Positions 46,104-55,959 of a DNA stretch of 64,000 nucleotides are shown here, piece by piece. The notes below the pieces were generated by a model. That model made no database searches and was not told the origin of the DNA. It saw only the letters and a program-made list of their open reading frames with translations. The DNA is from an uncultured Alphaproteobacteria bacterium. Its GTDB lineage: Bacteria > Pseudomonadota > Alphaproteobacteria > Rs-D84 > CACZYB01. Within the stretch, counting starts at the first letter, position 1. Every line of letters starts with the position of its first letter. The stretch lies in NCBI GenBank assembly GCA_934246625.1, contig CAKQHZ010000001.1, positions 434,964 through 498,963 of the forward strand, in the 5' to 3' direction. Made by a program: the position numbers and the translations under genes.

Positions 46104-47060
46104 ATGTTAGAAAAATTCTTAAAACAAGAAACTTCAAAAGATATCTATACATTGCCGATTGGCAGTAAGGAAGTTGTTTCCTTTGCCACAACAATTTTTG
46201 AATTTGCATCTGATGCGATGTTAATCCTTGATGCAGTAGGTAAAATTGTATCAGTTAATACAGCCCTTTGTAATTTGATTGGTGATGAAAAGGAAAATAT
46301 CGTTGGAAAAATTCCAGAATTTTTATTTGGAGGACAAAGCGATATTTCATCATATAAAAATTTTATTCGTGATTTGGTGATAAATGGTTATTGGTCTGGG
46401 CAAGTTTTTGCACGAAATAAATTCGGTGCGGTTGTGCCAATGGAACTTCATTTTTCAGCAATTTATAATGATGTAGGTGAAGCAAATCATTATGTGGGTA
46501 TTTGTTCTTCTATTTATTCATATATTTCAAAAATGAATGAGTTGCCTTTTGATCCGAATATTGACCCACTTACAAAAACATATAATTCAAATTCTTTTTT
46601 ACACAGGCTTGAACATAATATACATAAGGTGGAAAAGGATATGTCCGTTCTTTCATTACTTTATATTGATATTGATAAGTTTAAGGAGCTTGATAAAAAT
46701 CATAATTATTTGACTGGGGATACTGTGCTTAAAAACCTTGGTCAATTGCTTATGGATACACTTGAAAAAAGTGATACTGTTGCAAGATTAAAGGCAGATA
46801 TTTTTTGTGTAATAATCCTTGATATTTATACTCAAGAAAGTATTGAGGAAATGGCAGAAAAGATTTTCAAAAAGATAACGGCACCTTATGCTTTGCACGA
46901 AAATATAGAAAAGGTTTCTATTAGTATGGGGGTTGCGACTTTTCCAATAAGTGGTGATAATCCTCAAGATTTGATTGCAGCGGCTGCGGAGGCATCTCAA
47001 CGTGCCAAAGCCGAAGGGGGTAATCAAATTTGTTATCACAAACGTTTGAATGAAGTTTAG
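46104..47060 (+). CDS. PAS domain / degenerate GGDEF domain protein (318 aa; GGDEF replaced by KADIF)
   Basis: N-terminal PAS-like segment. GGDEF-fold landmarks DPLTKTYN, LLYIDIDKFKELD, ...VARLKADIFCVIIL..., ISMGVATFP. Confidence 0.65.
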   Translation: MLEKFLKQETSKDIYTLPIGSKEVVSFATTIFEFASDAMLILDAVGKIVSVNTALCNLIGDEKENIVGKIPEFLFGGQSDISSYKNFIRDLVINGYWSGQVFARNKFGAVVPMELHFSAIYNDVGEANHYVGICSSIYSYISKMNELPFDPNIDPLTKTYNSNSFLHRLEHNIHKVEKDMSVLSLLYIDIDKFKELDKNHNYLTGDTVLKNLGQLLMDTLEKSDTVARLKADIFCVIILDIYTQESIEEMAEKIFKKITAPYALHENIEKVSISMGVATFPISGDNPQDLIAAAAEASQRAKAEGGNQICYHKRLNEV

Positions 47061-47061
47061 T

Positions 47062-47850
47062 TTAAAACGTATAATCTGTATATTTGAATTGACGGCGAGC
47101 TTCTTTGTTGGCTTCTAGGATATCGAAAGCCTGTTGTTTTTTGTTTTCCAATGTAAGTTTTCCGTATTCGGCAGTAAGTCCAGTTGGAAGTTCCTCTTCC
47201 ACATCTAAAAGCCATTGATTTGGTTCAACATTTGGTTCCCCATATTTTGATAAAACGAAATACCAAAAGGCTCTTCTTCGTTCGTCCCTTTGATATTGGA
47301 AATTTTTTGCATCGCCATATTTTTTATTTACATCATTTGTATATTCGACCTTGAAAACTTTGTTGTCTGTAATAGGGCTTGTAAAATAAACATTGATGTC
47401 TTCGTTTGTATCGTGTTTTTTGAATGAAACTTTATAGATGTATTCCATCTTGTCCTTTTTTGCAAGACCCTTGATGCATGCCTTTAGATTTTCAGGGATA
47501 AAAATTTCATAAGAGCGACATATTGAGTCATAGTTGAATGAAAAATATTCTGGAATTTTGTATTCTATATCAACAAGTTTGTATTTGCGTTCCTTTAATA
47601 CTTCACGAACCTTTTTATAATCCATACCAAGCATTACACCAGATATGTCAAAAGCCTTTACACGTTCGTTTAGGTTTGAGGTGATGACTTCCTCTTGACC
47701 TTCTTCAACGTAATCTTCGTATTCTTCCTCTTCACCATTATCACCAATATCTTCTACTGCGTATTCTTCGTCCTCCATATCCATAAATTCTTGGGAATAT
47801 GAAACCGAGCTTGTGAAAATAAATATCAGTGTTAATAAAATTTTAAGCAA
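47062..47850 (-). CDS. Secreted hypothetical protein with N-terminal acidic tract (262 aa)
   Basis: Signal peptide, then EFMDMEDEEYAVEDIGDNGEEEEYEDYVEEGQEE. No recognisable domain. Confidence 0.5.
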   Translation of the reverse strand: MLKILLTLIFIFTSSVSYSQEFMDMEDEEYAVEDIGDNGEEEEYEDYVEEGQEEVITSNLNERVKAFDISGVMLGMDYKKVREVLKERKYKLVDIEYKIPEYFSFNYDSICRSYEIFIPENLKACIKGLAKKDKMEYIYKVSFKKHDTNEDINVYFTSPITDNKVFKVEYTNDVNKKYGDAKNFQYQRDERRRAFWYFVLSKYGEPNVEPNQWLLDVEEELPTGLTAEYGKLTLENKKQQAFDILEANKEARRQFKYTDYTF

Positions 47851-47903
47851 AGTTTTCTCCTTCTTAAAACATTATAATATATACTTTTTGAAAAGTAAAT
47901 TGA

Positions 47904-48749
47904 TTACTTTGTTTTGAATTCGGTGATGATTTCATTTATTTTGTTTGATTTTAAAAGTTCACCTAATTTTATTTCAATAAAGTTTTTAAATGGATAAATT
48001 TCCTTATCTGAAGTGATTTTTGCAAATGTCTTTTTCTTGTTTAATGCCATAAAGTAATTTATTTTGTTTGGGTATTTTATTATTTTAAGGCTTTTGATTT
48101 TTGGATTATTTTTATTATCGTTTAGGTAGTTATTTACAAATTCCATTGTGGAAATAAGAAAACTTTTGTTATTAAAAATTGTTTCCATAGCGGAGTTTAT
48201 ATTTGCAATTTTTATTGATGATAGTTGTAGGTTTGGAATTGTGAAACCTTCTAATTCTATTGCATTATTTGTTTGTGATAGTTTTGATATTGTTTCAAAT
48301 AAATCCTTTGAAATTGTATTGTTGTTTGGAATAGAAGATTTATCAATAACAAGGACAATATTGTCAGTGTAGATTGGTTGAGAAATATAATCTAAATATT
48401 CAAGATTGTTTTCGTCAAATGTTATGCCTATGATTATATCAGGTGTGTTATTGGATAGGTAAAGCATAGATGTTTGTAATGCTTCGTTATAATTTGAATA
48501 TGGTGTGTATTTTGTTTTTACATTTGTGTTTTTGAATATTTCATTAAGGATACTGTGGCTTGCACCATAAGAAGTTGAGTTATAATAGTTTTTATTTGAT
48601 TTTATGTTAGGATTTAAAGTTTGCATACCAATAGGGGCTGTGTATTGAATGTATAGAGGTTCATTTGTTTGTGCAAAAGATAAACTACTTATCATTAAAA
48701 ATATAAGTATTAAAAGATAGTTTAAAATTTGTTTGCCCCCTCGAACCAT
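47904..48749 (-). CDS. Secreted Asn-rich hypothetical protein. Weak resemblance to family-3 periplasmic solute-binding proteins.
   Basis: Signal peptide. ...PDIIIGITFDENNLEYLDYISQPIYTDNIVLVIDKSS loosely resembles the SBP_bac_3 core. The assignment is weak. Confidence 0.4.
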   Translation of the reverse strand: MVRGGKQILNYLLILIFLMISSLSFAQTNEPLYIQYTAPIGMQTLNPNIKSNKNYYNSTSYGASHSILNEIFKNTNVKTKYTPYSNYNEALQTSMLYLSNNTPDIIIGITFDENNLEYLDYISQPIYTDNIVLVIDKSSIPNNNTISKDLFETISKLSQTNNAIELEGFTIPNLQLSSIKIANINSAMETIFNNKSFLISTMEFVNNYLNDNKNNPKIKSLKIIKYPNKINYFMALNKKKTFAKITSDKEIYPFKNFIEIKLGELLKSNKINEIITEFKTK

Positions 48750-48751
48750 TA

Positions 48752-49864
48752 TTAACCATCCTCTTCATATAATAAAATCGTGATACATAAAAGTATTGTA
48801 ACAGTTGGGATTGTGATGTTTGCAATTATGATAGGGATTCTTCCTGATGTGCCGATTGCACGAACGACTTGGTCCATAAAAAATGCACCAAACCCGATTA
48901 AAATACCACCTGTAAGTTTGAATATAAGGTTTGCTTGGTTTCGCTTTGGTGATATTGAAAATATTGCAGAAATTAAAAGCATTGCACAAAGTGTTAATGG
49001 TAAGAATAATAATGTATAAAAATATGATAAATGTTTTCGTGCAGAGAAGCCTGATTTTTCAAAAAATCTTATGAAACTTGGAAGTTCCCAAAATGAAAAA
49101 CTTTCTGGTTCAGAAGAATTTTCTTCGATTTTATCGGTTGTAAGCAATGTTGGATAATCGTATATATCAAATTCATCAATGAAAAGTTGAGGGTCAATCA
49201 TCTTTACATTATTTAAAATAAGTTTGTGATTTTTAAGAATTGCAGATTTTGCCTCTATACGTTTTAGGAAATTATTTTTTAAATCAGTTATAAAAATTGT
49301 TAAATTTTTTGCGTTAAGTTCTACACCTTCCTTTTTTATAAATTCGGCATAAATAAATGATTGGGTAAGGTCGGATTTTTCCTTTAACCATAAACCATTT
49401 TGTGAAAATAAAAGTGGGTTAGAATGTGTTATTTCATATTTATAACTTAGTCTTGAAATTCGTTTTTGTAAGGCCGAACCAATAGGGCTTAGGACAGTCA
49501 TATTAAGTAAGCCGATTGTAATACATACGCCAAGAATTGGAGTTAAAAATTGCCATACGGAAATTCCAATGGAACGAATAACGGTTAGTTCTGATGTCCT
49601 TGATAATTTCCAAAAGGTTAATATTCCAGCAAGTAAAACAGATAATGGAAGTACCGTTGTAAGAGTGTATGATATATCAAGTAAAGCATATTGAATTGTT
49701 ATGCTGAACGGAATATCCTTTACTTTGTTTGCAAATTTTTTGGAATTGTCGATTATTGAAAATAGGGCGATTATTCCAGATATGCAAAAAAATACAAGGC
49801 TGAATGACTTGATGAAATGGATTGCCAAAAATTTATATAAAATATTATATTTCTTTATTTTCAT
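48752..49864 (-). CDS. lptG: LPS export ABC transporter permease LptF/LptG (YjgP/YjgQ family, 370 aa)
   Basis: Six-TM permease with a central periplasmic beta-jellyroll-like insert. YjgP/YjgQ-type N-terminal helix pattern. Confidence 0.75.
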   Translation of the reverse strand: MKIKKYNILYKFLAIHFIKSFSLVFFCISGIIALFSIIDNSKKFANKVKDIPFSITIQYALLDISYTLTTVLPLSVLLAGILTFWKLSRTSELTVIRSIGISVWQFLTPILGVCITIGLLNMTVLSPIGSALQKRISRLSYKYEITHSNPLLFSQNGLWLKEKSDLTQSFIYAEFIKKEGVELNAKNLTIFITDLKNNFLKRIEAKSAILKNHKLILNNVKMIDPQLFIDEFDIYDYPTLLTTDKIEENSSEPESFSFWELPSFIRFFEKSGFSARKHLSYFYTLLFLPLTLCAMLLISAIFSISPKRNQANLIFKLTGGILIGFGAFFMDQVVRAIGTSGRIPIIIANITIPTVTILLCITILLYEEDG

Positions 49865-49906
49865 AATTCTATTTATACTATATTATTTAATAAAATAAAG
49901 ACTTTT

Positions 49907-50788
49907 TTACACAGATTTAAAGGAAACAATTTTATCCTTGTCAACAATGGATAAAAAATAACCGCCAAGATATCCTGCAGTTCTTATATTTATTCCATTG
50001 ATTGTTTCGTTAAGGGCAAAGATTTTGTCGTTAAGGTTGCTTATCGGATATGATATTTCCACAAGATGTAAAACTGTGCCATTGAAAATTGCAGTAGAAT
50101 CAATTACTTCGTAAAGAGGTATTTGCAATCTGTGTAATGCACTTTTAAGCCATGTGTTTGTGATTGTTTCTGATGTAGCAATTACCATTATACTTCGGTC
50201 AAAATTCCAATGATTTGAGCTGTTAGCAATAAGGTATTCTGGTGTTTTGTCGTAATCTTCGATTAGTGGAATTTTGTTTATGATTTTTACATTTTGTTTT
50301 TCAGGAGCAAGCATACCCATCCACCAAACATCTTTTGGTGATGTTTTTGTTGCGGGAATTACTGCCATTAAGTTGTTAGAGTGGGTTATGTTTGAAATGA
50401 TTTCGCTGTATTTTGAAAAGTATTTATATTTTATATTGTCGAAAAGTGGGAAAAGGTTGTTTATATAAGATGATGTTGATGAAAGTTCATCTTTTAACAC
50501 AAGACCCAATTCAATATTTCGTGATGTTAAGTTTATAAGTTCAATTAAGCCAGAAGTTGTTGATAAAGTTTGTTTATCGTATTTACGTTGGCTTGTTATC
50601 TTTTCAATACTTAAAGAAAGGGATTTTGATAAATCAGATATTGATAAATCAGTTTTGGTATTTAATTCAGCCATAAGTTCAGTTCTTTTTTTTATAAGGT
50701 CGTATAATGAAATATCAATTATATCTATTGTTGAATTGATTTCTTGTATTTCCCCTTCGTTTAAAGGTTTTATTTTCCTTATAAGCAT
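49907..50788 (-). CDS. Hypothetical protein (293 aa). The N-terminal 60 aa are weakly chorismate-mutase-like.
   Basis: Long ORF with coding-like composition. No confident domain. Confidence 0.45.
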   Translation of the reverse strand: MLIRKIKPLNEGEIQEINSTIDIIDISLYDLIKKRTELMAELNTKTDLSISDLSKSLSLSIEKITSQRKYDKQTLSTTSGLIELINLTSRNIELGLVLKDELSSTSSYINNLFPLFDNIKYKYFSKYSEIISNITHSNNLMAVIPATKTSPKDVWWMGMLAPEKQNVKIINKIPLIEDYDKTPEYLIANSSNHWNFDRSIMVIATSETITNTWLKSALHRLQIPLYEVIDSTAIFNGTVLHLVEISYPISNLNDKIFALNETINGINIRTAGYLGGYFLSIVDKDKIVSFKSV

Positions 50789-50922
50789 TTTCCTTCCTTA
50801 GAAATTTTACTTAAGTATTATATCAAAAAAAGTTAAAGTTGGAAAGAAGAATTTTTTAAATCGAAAAATTGTATTGTAAAATTTGTTATTTTAAGATAAA
50901 TTTATGTATAAGGAGAGGGTAA

Positions 50923-51888
50923 ATGTCAAATGAAGTTTTAAATTCAGCTCTTAAATATCTGGCGAATTGGTATATGCAATCTAATATAGAAGAAGTTGCT
51001 GTAAATAGGGCTGGTGAAGTATGGCTTAGACTTCGTGGAAAGCGTGAAATTCCGTGGGTTATGGAGCCTGATAAACATTTATCAAAACAATATTTGACCG
51101 ATATAATGAATATTATTGCAAATACTTATGAAGTGCCTTTTGACCCATCTGTGGGAATACCTGTTGTATATGCAACTTTGCCTGGCGACCATAGATTTTC
51201 TGGGATTGCAGGGAAAAATGTTTTATATGATAATGATGATATAGAAGGGGGAATTGCCCTTGCAATTAGAACGAAAAAGGATAGTGTCGATTTTAATTTT
51301 GCCGATTATGGCCTTGTAAAGGGTGAGGAGCTTAAAAAACTTTCTTGTGAGGAGGAAGTACTTTCATCTGACCCATATCAAAGATTGATGGATTTTATTA
51401 AACGTGGCGACCATATTTTGATAAGTGGTGCAACTGCCACTGGTAAGACAACTTTTTTGAATAATATTTTGAAGTTGCTAAGTCCAAATCTTCGTGTGAT
51501 TACGATTGAAGATTCAAGAGAATTGATTGTCCCACAAAAAAATCATCTTCATTTGTTGTTGTCAAGAACGACTCAAACAAATATGTTTTCATATAAAGAT
51601 GTGATTGATTTAGTTGTTCGTATGACACCAGATGCAATTATGGGTGGTGAAATTTCAACGGAAAATGCTGGTGCAATTTGGGAATTGATGGGAACTGGAC
51701 ATAAGCATTTCTATGCAACTATACATGCAGAATCTGTTGAAGGAGCGTATGAGGCCTTTATTGATAGAATTTTGCATACCTTTCCAGAATTGGATCAGGA
51801 AAAAACATTGGCTGAAATGAAAAAGAAACTTCACGTTGTGCAAATTGGTCGTGAAGGAAATATCAGAACAATTACAGAAATTGCATAA
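50923..51888 (+). CDS. virB11: Type IV secretion system ATPase VirB11 (321 aa)
   Basis: Walker A GATATGKTT, Asp/His boxes (…VITIEDSRELIV…), size and N-terminal domain typical of VirB11/TrbB. Confidence 0.85.
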   Translation: MSNEVLNSALKYLANWYMQSNIEEVAVNRAGEVWLRLRGKREIPWVMEPDKHLSKQYLTDIMNIIANTYEVPFDPSVGIPVVYATLPGDHRFSGIAGKNVLYDNDDIEGGIALAIRTKKDSVDFNFADYGLVKGEELKKLSCEEEVLSSDPYQRLMDFIKRGDHILISGATATGKTTFLNNILKLLSPNLRVITIEDSRELIVPQKNHLHLLLSRTTQTNMFSYKDVIDLVVRMTPDAIMGGEISTENAGAIWELMGTGHKHFYATIHAESVEGAYEAFIDRILHTFPELDQEKTLAEMKKKLHVVQIGREGNIRTITEIA

Positions 51889-52248
51889 TTATTTACCAAA
51901 AGGTTTTAGTGAAAATAACACAACAAGAGGATTTTCAGATTCAATTGTAAGTGTTAGTGATTCATCTTCGCGTTTAAATGATATTGCATTTGTTTTTTCA
52001 GAAATTTTATTCCAACCCAATGATTTTAATGTTTGGGTATAAAAGTTTAAAAATTCATCTTTTGTTAGGGTTGCACTTGAAACATATTGTTCAATAATTC
52101 TTATTTCTTCATTGTCATAGGAGAATGGCTCTTCCTCGGTTAATGTGTCTTGAAGTGGGATTTCTTCGAATGCAGACATAAAACCTTCAGCCCTTGCACA
52201 AAGGGAAAATGTTAAACATAGTAAAATTGTAAATAAAAATTTTTTCAT
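51889..52248 (-). CDS. Small secreted/lipoprotein-like hypothetical (119 aa) downstream of virB10
   Basis: Signal peptide MKKFLFTILLCLTFSLCARA. Its stop codon abuts the convergent virB11 stop. Confidence 0.45.
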   Translation of the reverse strand: MKKFLFTILLCLTFSLCARAEGFMSAFEEIPLQDTLTEEEPFSYDNEEIRIIEQYVSSATLTKDEFLNFYTQTLKSLGWNKISEKTNAISFKREDESLTLTIESENPLVVLFSLKPFGK

Positions 52249-52258
52249 TTTTCACCTA

Positions 52259-54352
52259 TTATTGTCCATATTTATGGTCAGGATTTGCATCTTCAATCAT
52301 TTGATCCATTTCATCTTCAATTCTTAACATAACATCGTTTTGAAGAAATACCATAATTCGTGTTCCCGCAGCAACGGTAAATGGAATGCTTGTTTGTGCA
52401 CTTTGGTCAATTAACTTTTGCATAGTTGTTTTCCAATTTTGCTCGATTTCCAATTTCATTTTATCCTTTGATGACATATTTGCTATTGTTTGTGTATCAG
52501 TTGGGGACCAGCCATATTCAGGTTGGTTTTCTGTATTAATTACGTCAGATACATTTTCTCCATCATCATTTATAAATGTATCTAATGCTTGATATGTTCC
52601 ATCGGAACGTTTTACACGTGTTACAAATTGAGAAGAAGTTGGGAATAATGCTTCCATTGCAACAGGAAGAACAGAATAAAGTAATGGTTTTACGAATAAA
52701 TCACGCATATATTCGGTATCGTTTTTACCTGCTACACCCTGACGACCTTGGGCATCTGCAGTATAGTTAACAACTTGAGTTAAATCAAATTCGGCACCAT
52801 CTGGACGTATAAGTCGGTCCCATTCTATGCTGATTTTTTCAATTTCTTGAAGACCTGCACCTTTAGGAGCGGTTGCTTTTCCAATAAGTTGTGAGCCAGC
52901 AGGGACAATAATTGTGCGTCCATCACCACCATAAACATTTCGTTCAACCGTTGCAACGGCAGGTGTTTCGTTTTCAAAATTTGTTCCATCATTTTCAGCA
53001 TAATCTATATTGCCGAAGTAAATTGGTCTGTTTAACACAGCTGGAATTGGTTTTGATTGACGAAGAACGTATCTTTCATCCTTTGGCATAGAAGATACTT
53101 GACCAGTGCTTGTTATAGTAAATGGAATAAGTGAGTTTTTTTGTTTGCCAATTATGTTTAATGGGTCGTCTGCCTTATATAAATCATAGTCAACATCTTT
53201 TCCACCATAACCTTCTTGTTTCACAGCAAGGCGGTTGTTCCAAACATCTTCGAAATTTGGATTAAAGTTTTCGGAATTGATTGTTTGCATTACCTCGTCC
53301 AAAACAGGAAGAGTTAGTTCAATTCTTTTTTCTTCGGATTTCTTTTTATCAAATACGGCACCCTTTCCAATGATTTTTCCAGTTGCAGTTTCAAGGACCA
53401 TTCCGTCTTCTTGAAGTGAGCCGATTATTTTTGAACAATTTGGTGAAAATACATCATTATTTGATTGAACCCAACCAATAAATGTTCCAGAAAAATCATA
53501 GGCTTTACTTGCATATTTCTTGCAATCGCTTGGATATACAGTTCTTTTTTCTTGTGCCTTTGGTGTGATTGCAGGAGCCACTGCATTTGTGAATTCTTCG
53601 ACTTCTTCCTCGTCTGCTGGTTCTATATCTTCATTATCATAGATTTCTTCATCATCATCTTCTTCAAAAAATTCATCTACTTTCTCTTGTTGTTGAGGTT
53701 GTGTTTGCACAGGTGCAGGTTTTTCTATTGAAGAGATTGATAAATTGACCTTGAAACTTTTTTCGGGTGAATTTTCGTTAGTATTATTTAGTTCATTATA
53801 TTTTATAAGTATAAATATATTTTTATTTTCAACCTTTGTAGGGGTCCAAACAACATTTATTATACATCCAGATTCTGGTGTAATTGATGCTCTTTCAGTG
53901 CAATCTTGGTCAAAGCCAAGTCCATTTACAGATGTTGATAATGAAATATTGTTAATTTTGATTGGATTATTTGCAACAGATAACATAATAGAGTTAAATG
54001 TTTCATTTCCAATAATTATATTTTCAAATTTTATATTTTGTGGGTCTGCAGTTAAAATAGGTGAAATATAAGTGAAATTTTGAGTTGTTTCCTTTTTTGT
54101 TTGTGCTGGGGTAGATGGAGTTTGCTCTATGGTTTCAATCTTTTTATTTGTTTGGTTTGCTGTGATAATAGCTCCTAATACAAAAATGCCAAGCATTACA
54201 AATGCGATAAAAAGCAAAATGATATTTGTCTTTTTTGTGGCAAGTTCAGATTTGCTTTTTTTATCGTTTGGAAGCATTTCCGCATTTTCTTCTGATGTTG
54301 AAGAAGATGGAGTATTTGTTGCTTTACCCTTTTTCTTAAATAAATCTACCAT
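52259..54352 (-). CDS. virB10: Type IV secretion system protein VirB10/TrbI with an unusually long (about 450 aa) N-terminal/periplasmic linker region (697 aa total)
   Basis: N-terminal cytoplasmic tail plus TM helix. Acidic/Pro-Gln-rich linker. C-terminal barrel motifs RTIIVPAGSQLIGKA...ISIEWDRLIRPDGAEFDL...DAQGRQGVAGKND...IPFTVAAGTRIMVFLQNDV. Confidence 0.75.
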   Translation of the reverse strand: MVDLFKKKGKATNTPSSSTSEENAEMLPNDKKSKSELATKKTNIILLFIAFVMLGIFVLGAIITANQTNKKIETIEQTPSTPAQTKKETTQNFTYISPILTADPQNIKFENIIIGNETFNSIMLSVANNPIKINNISLSTSVNGLGFDQDCTERASITPESGCIINVVWTPTKVENKNIFILIKYNELNNTNENSPEKSFKVNLSISSIEKPAPVQTQPQQQEKVDEFFEEDDDEEIYDNEDIEPADEEEVEEFTNAVAPAITPKAQEKRTVYPSDCKKYASKAYDFSGTFIGWVQSNNDVFSPNCSKIIGSLQEDGMVLETATGKIIGKGAVFDKKKSEEKRIELTLPVLDEVMQTINSENFNPNFEDVWNNRLAVKQEGYGGKDVDYDLYKADDPLNIIGKQKNSLIPFTITSTGQVSSMPKDERYVLRQSKPIPAVLNRPIYFGNIDYAENDGTNFENETPAVATVERNVYGGDGRTIIVPAGSQLIGKATAPKGAGLQEIEKISIEWDRLIRPDGAEFDLTQVVNYTADAQGRQGVAGKNDTEYMRDLFVKPLLYSVLPVAMEALFPTSSQFVTRVKRSDGTYQALDTFINDDGENVSDVINTENQPEYGWSPTDTQTIANMSSKDKMKLEIEQNWKTTMQKLIDQSAQTSIPFTVAAGTRIMVFLQNDVMLRIEDEMDQMIEDANPDHKYGQ

Positions 54353-54373
54353 AGAAAAAACCTCTATCTTCTT

Positions 54374-55888
54374 TTATTGAGTCCTTACAACACTGCATGG
54401 AACACTTTGAAGTGAAAGTTTTTGACATATTTCATCAGCAACTTCTATCTTTGCAAATGGTCCAATTCTTAGGCGATAAAATTCTCCGCCGTAATATCTT
54501 TGTTGTCCGATTTCATCAACACCACTTGTTTCAACAGAATAGAAAGGTGTGTATTCGTCAAGCCATGGAAGTTTTTCAGTTAATTCAAGCCATTTGTTTT
54601 CAAGGTCGACAACTGACTTTCCTTTAAAGACTTCTACACTTACGTTTTGTGAATTTTGTTTTACAAGTGGAACGTAGTGGTTTGGAAGCACAGATGCGTT
54701 TGTCTTTGTTTTTGGTAAAAGTGAGTTATATATAATTTCATTTTCTTGAGATGTATAAGGTTGCATACCTCCCATAGGATAACCACCAACCATATTTGTC
54801 ATAGGGTATGACAAGTTTTGTGGATACATATATGCACCAGTTGTCATATCTCCAGCATAGCCAGTTGTAAGCATCTCTTGTCCAGACATATAATTTCCAG
54901 ATAATGTTGCGTTTGCATCACCAATGTTTCCAGCAACTGCAACCAAATCTTGTGGAGGTGGTGGATTAGAGAGCAAGTATGGTTTTGAACGAAGTTTTAT
55001 ACAAACAATTCTTTGTCCGTTTCGTAAAACCAAATCGCCGATAGCTTCAACAACAAGAAGACGGCTTTGTGGACCTTCGGTTCGTGAACCTACAGGAGTT
55101 TCGCCACCTTCGACCAATAATGAAACTACAGGTCGTTGATTCATATTTAATGCCTTTTCACCGAAGTCAATGTATGTGAAAATTTGATCACGCCATACAC
55201 GTTCAGGTGCAATTACGTAATCATCAGGATTTGGAACGAATACATCTAAATCAAAACGAAATTCTGTTGGGTCAACATTTATACTTTTTATCCAACCGAA
55301 ATCTTCGCCTTCCCAATCATTATCACCCACATCTTTGAAACTTTGTCCGCCCATCATTGATTTTGATGATACAAAGTTGTTTGATGAACCAGATGAAGAT
55401 GCACCGTTGCTTCCTTTTCTGTATTTATATGGAACAGAAATATCAATTACAGAAGAGGTAATTTTTTCAGAATTAAGTGGTTCTGATTTTAGGTAAAAGA
55501 CATATTTATTTCCACTGTTTCCGAAAATGAATAGGTTTGTATCAGCCATTGCACGACCATCAACAGGAGAAATCATAAATGTATTTTTTTCAACTGGACG
55601 ACCATCAAAGAAATCCTTGTCCCCGACATAAGCGTCCTTTATGGTTTCCCATTCTGGGAAGTTAATGATTGTTAACATACCATCACGAAGTTTGATAGGC
55701 ATAACTGATCCTGGTTCCCATTGTATTTTTTGGAAACCTGGTTTTGTTTGGTTTTCTCCCATATTTTGCATTGGGTTATCCCATGCGTTTTGTGTTCCAA
55801 AACCAACCCCAGGAACAACTTCTTGAGAATAAACTGGAGCTGTTAAGAGTGAAAATATTAAAGGTAAAATTTTAAAAATATTTTTCAT
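54374..55888 (-). CDS. virB9: Type IV secretion system protein VirB9 fused to a C-terminal SPOR-like domain (504 aa)
   Basis: N-terminal VirB9/TrbG signature (IQWEPGSVMPIKLRDGMLTIINFP...TNLFIFGNSGNKYVFYLK). C-terminal 80 aa (...FYSVETSG...FYRLRIGPFAKIEVADEICQKL...VPCSVV) resemble a SPOR peptidoglycan-binding domain. Confidence 0.8.
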   Translation of the reverse strand: MKNIFKILPLIFSLLTAPVYSQEVVPGVGFGTQNAWDNPMQNMGENQTKPGFQKIQWEPGSVMPIKLRDGMLTIINFPEWETIKDAYVGDKDFFDGRPVEKNTFMISPVDGRAMADTNLFIFGNSGNKYVFYLKSEPLNSEKITSSVIDISVPYKYRKGSNGASSSGSSNNFVSSKSMMGGQSFKDVGDNDWEGEDFGWIKSINVDPTEFRFDLDVFVPNPDDYVIAPERVWRDQIFTYIDFGEKALNMNQRPVVSLLVEGGETPVGSRTEGPQSRLLVVEAIGDLVLRNGQRIVCIKLRSKPYLLSNPPPPQDLVAVAGNIGDANATLSGNYMSGQEMLTTGYAGDMTTGAYMYPQNLSYPMTNMVGGYPMGGMQPYTSQENEIIYNSLLPKTKTNASVLPNHYVPLVKQNSQNVSVEVFKGKSVVDLENKWLELTEKLPWLDEYTPFYSVETSGVDEIGQQRYYGGEFYRLRIGPFAKIEVADEICQKLSLQSVPCSVVRTQ

Positions 55889-55959
55889 TTTATGTCTTTC
55901 CTGTTCCTCATTTTTATAATTTAGCCTTTTTTTTACTGATAATACAAGTATTTTTTTTA

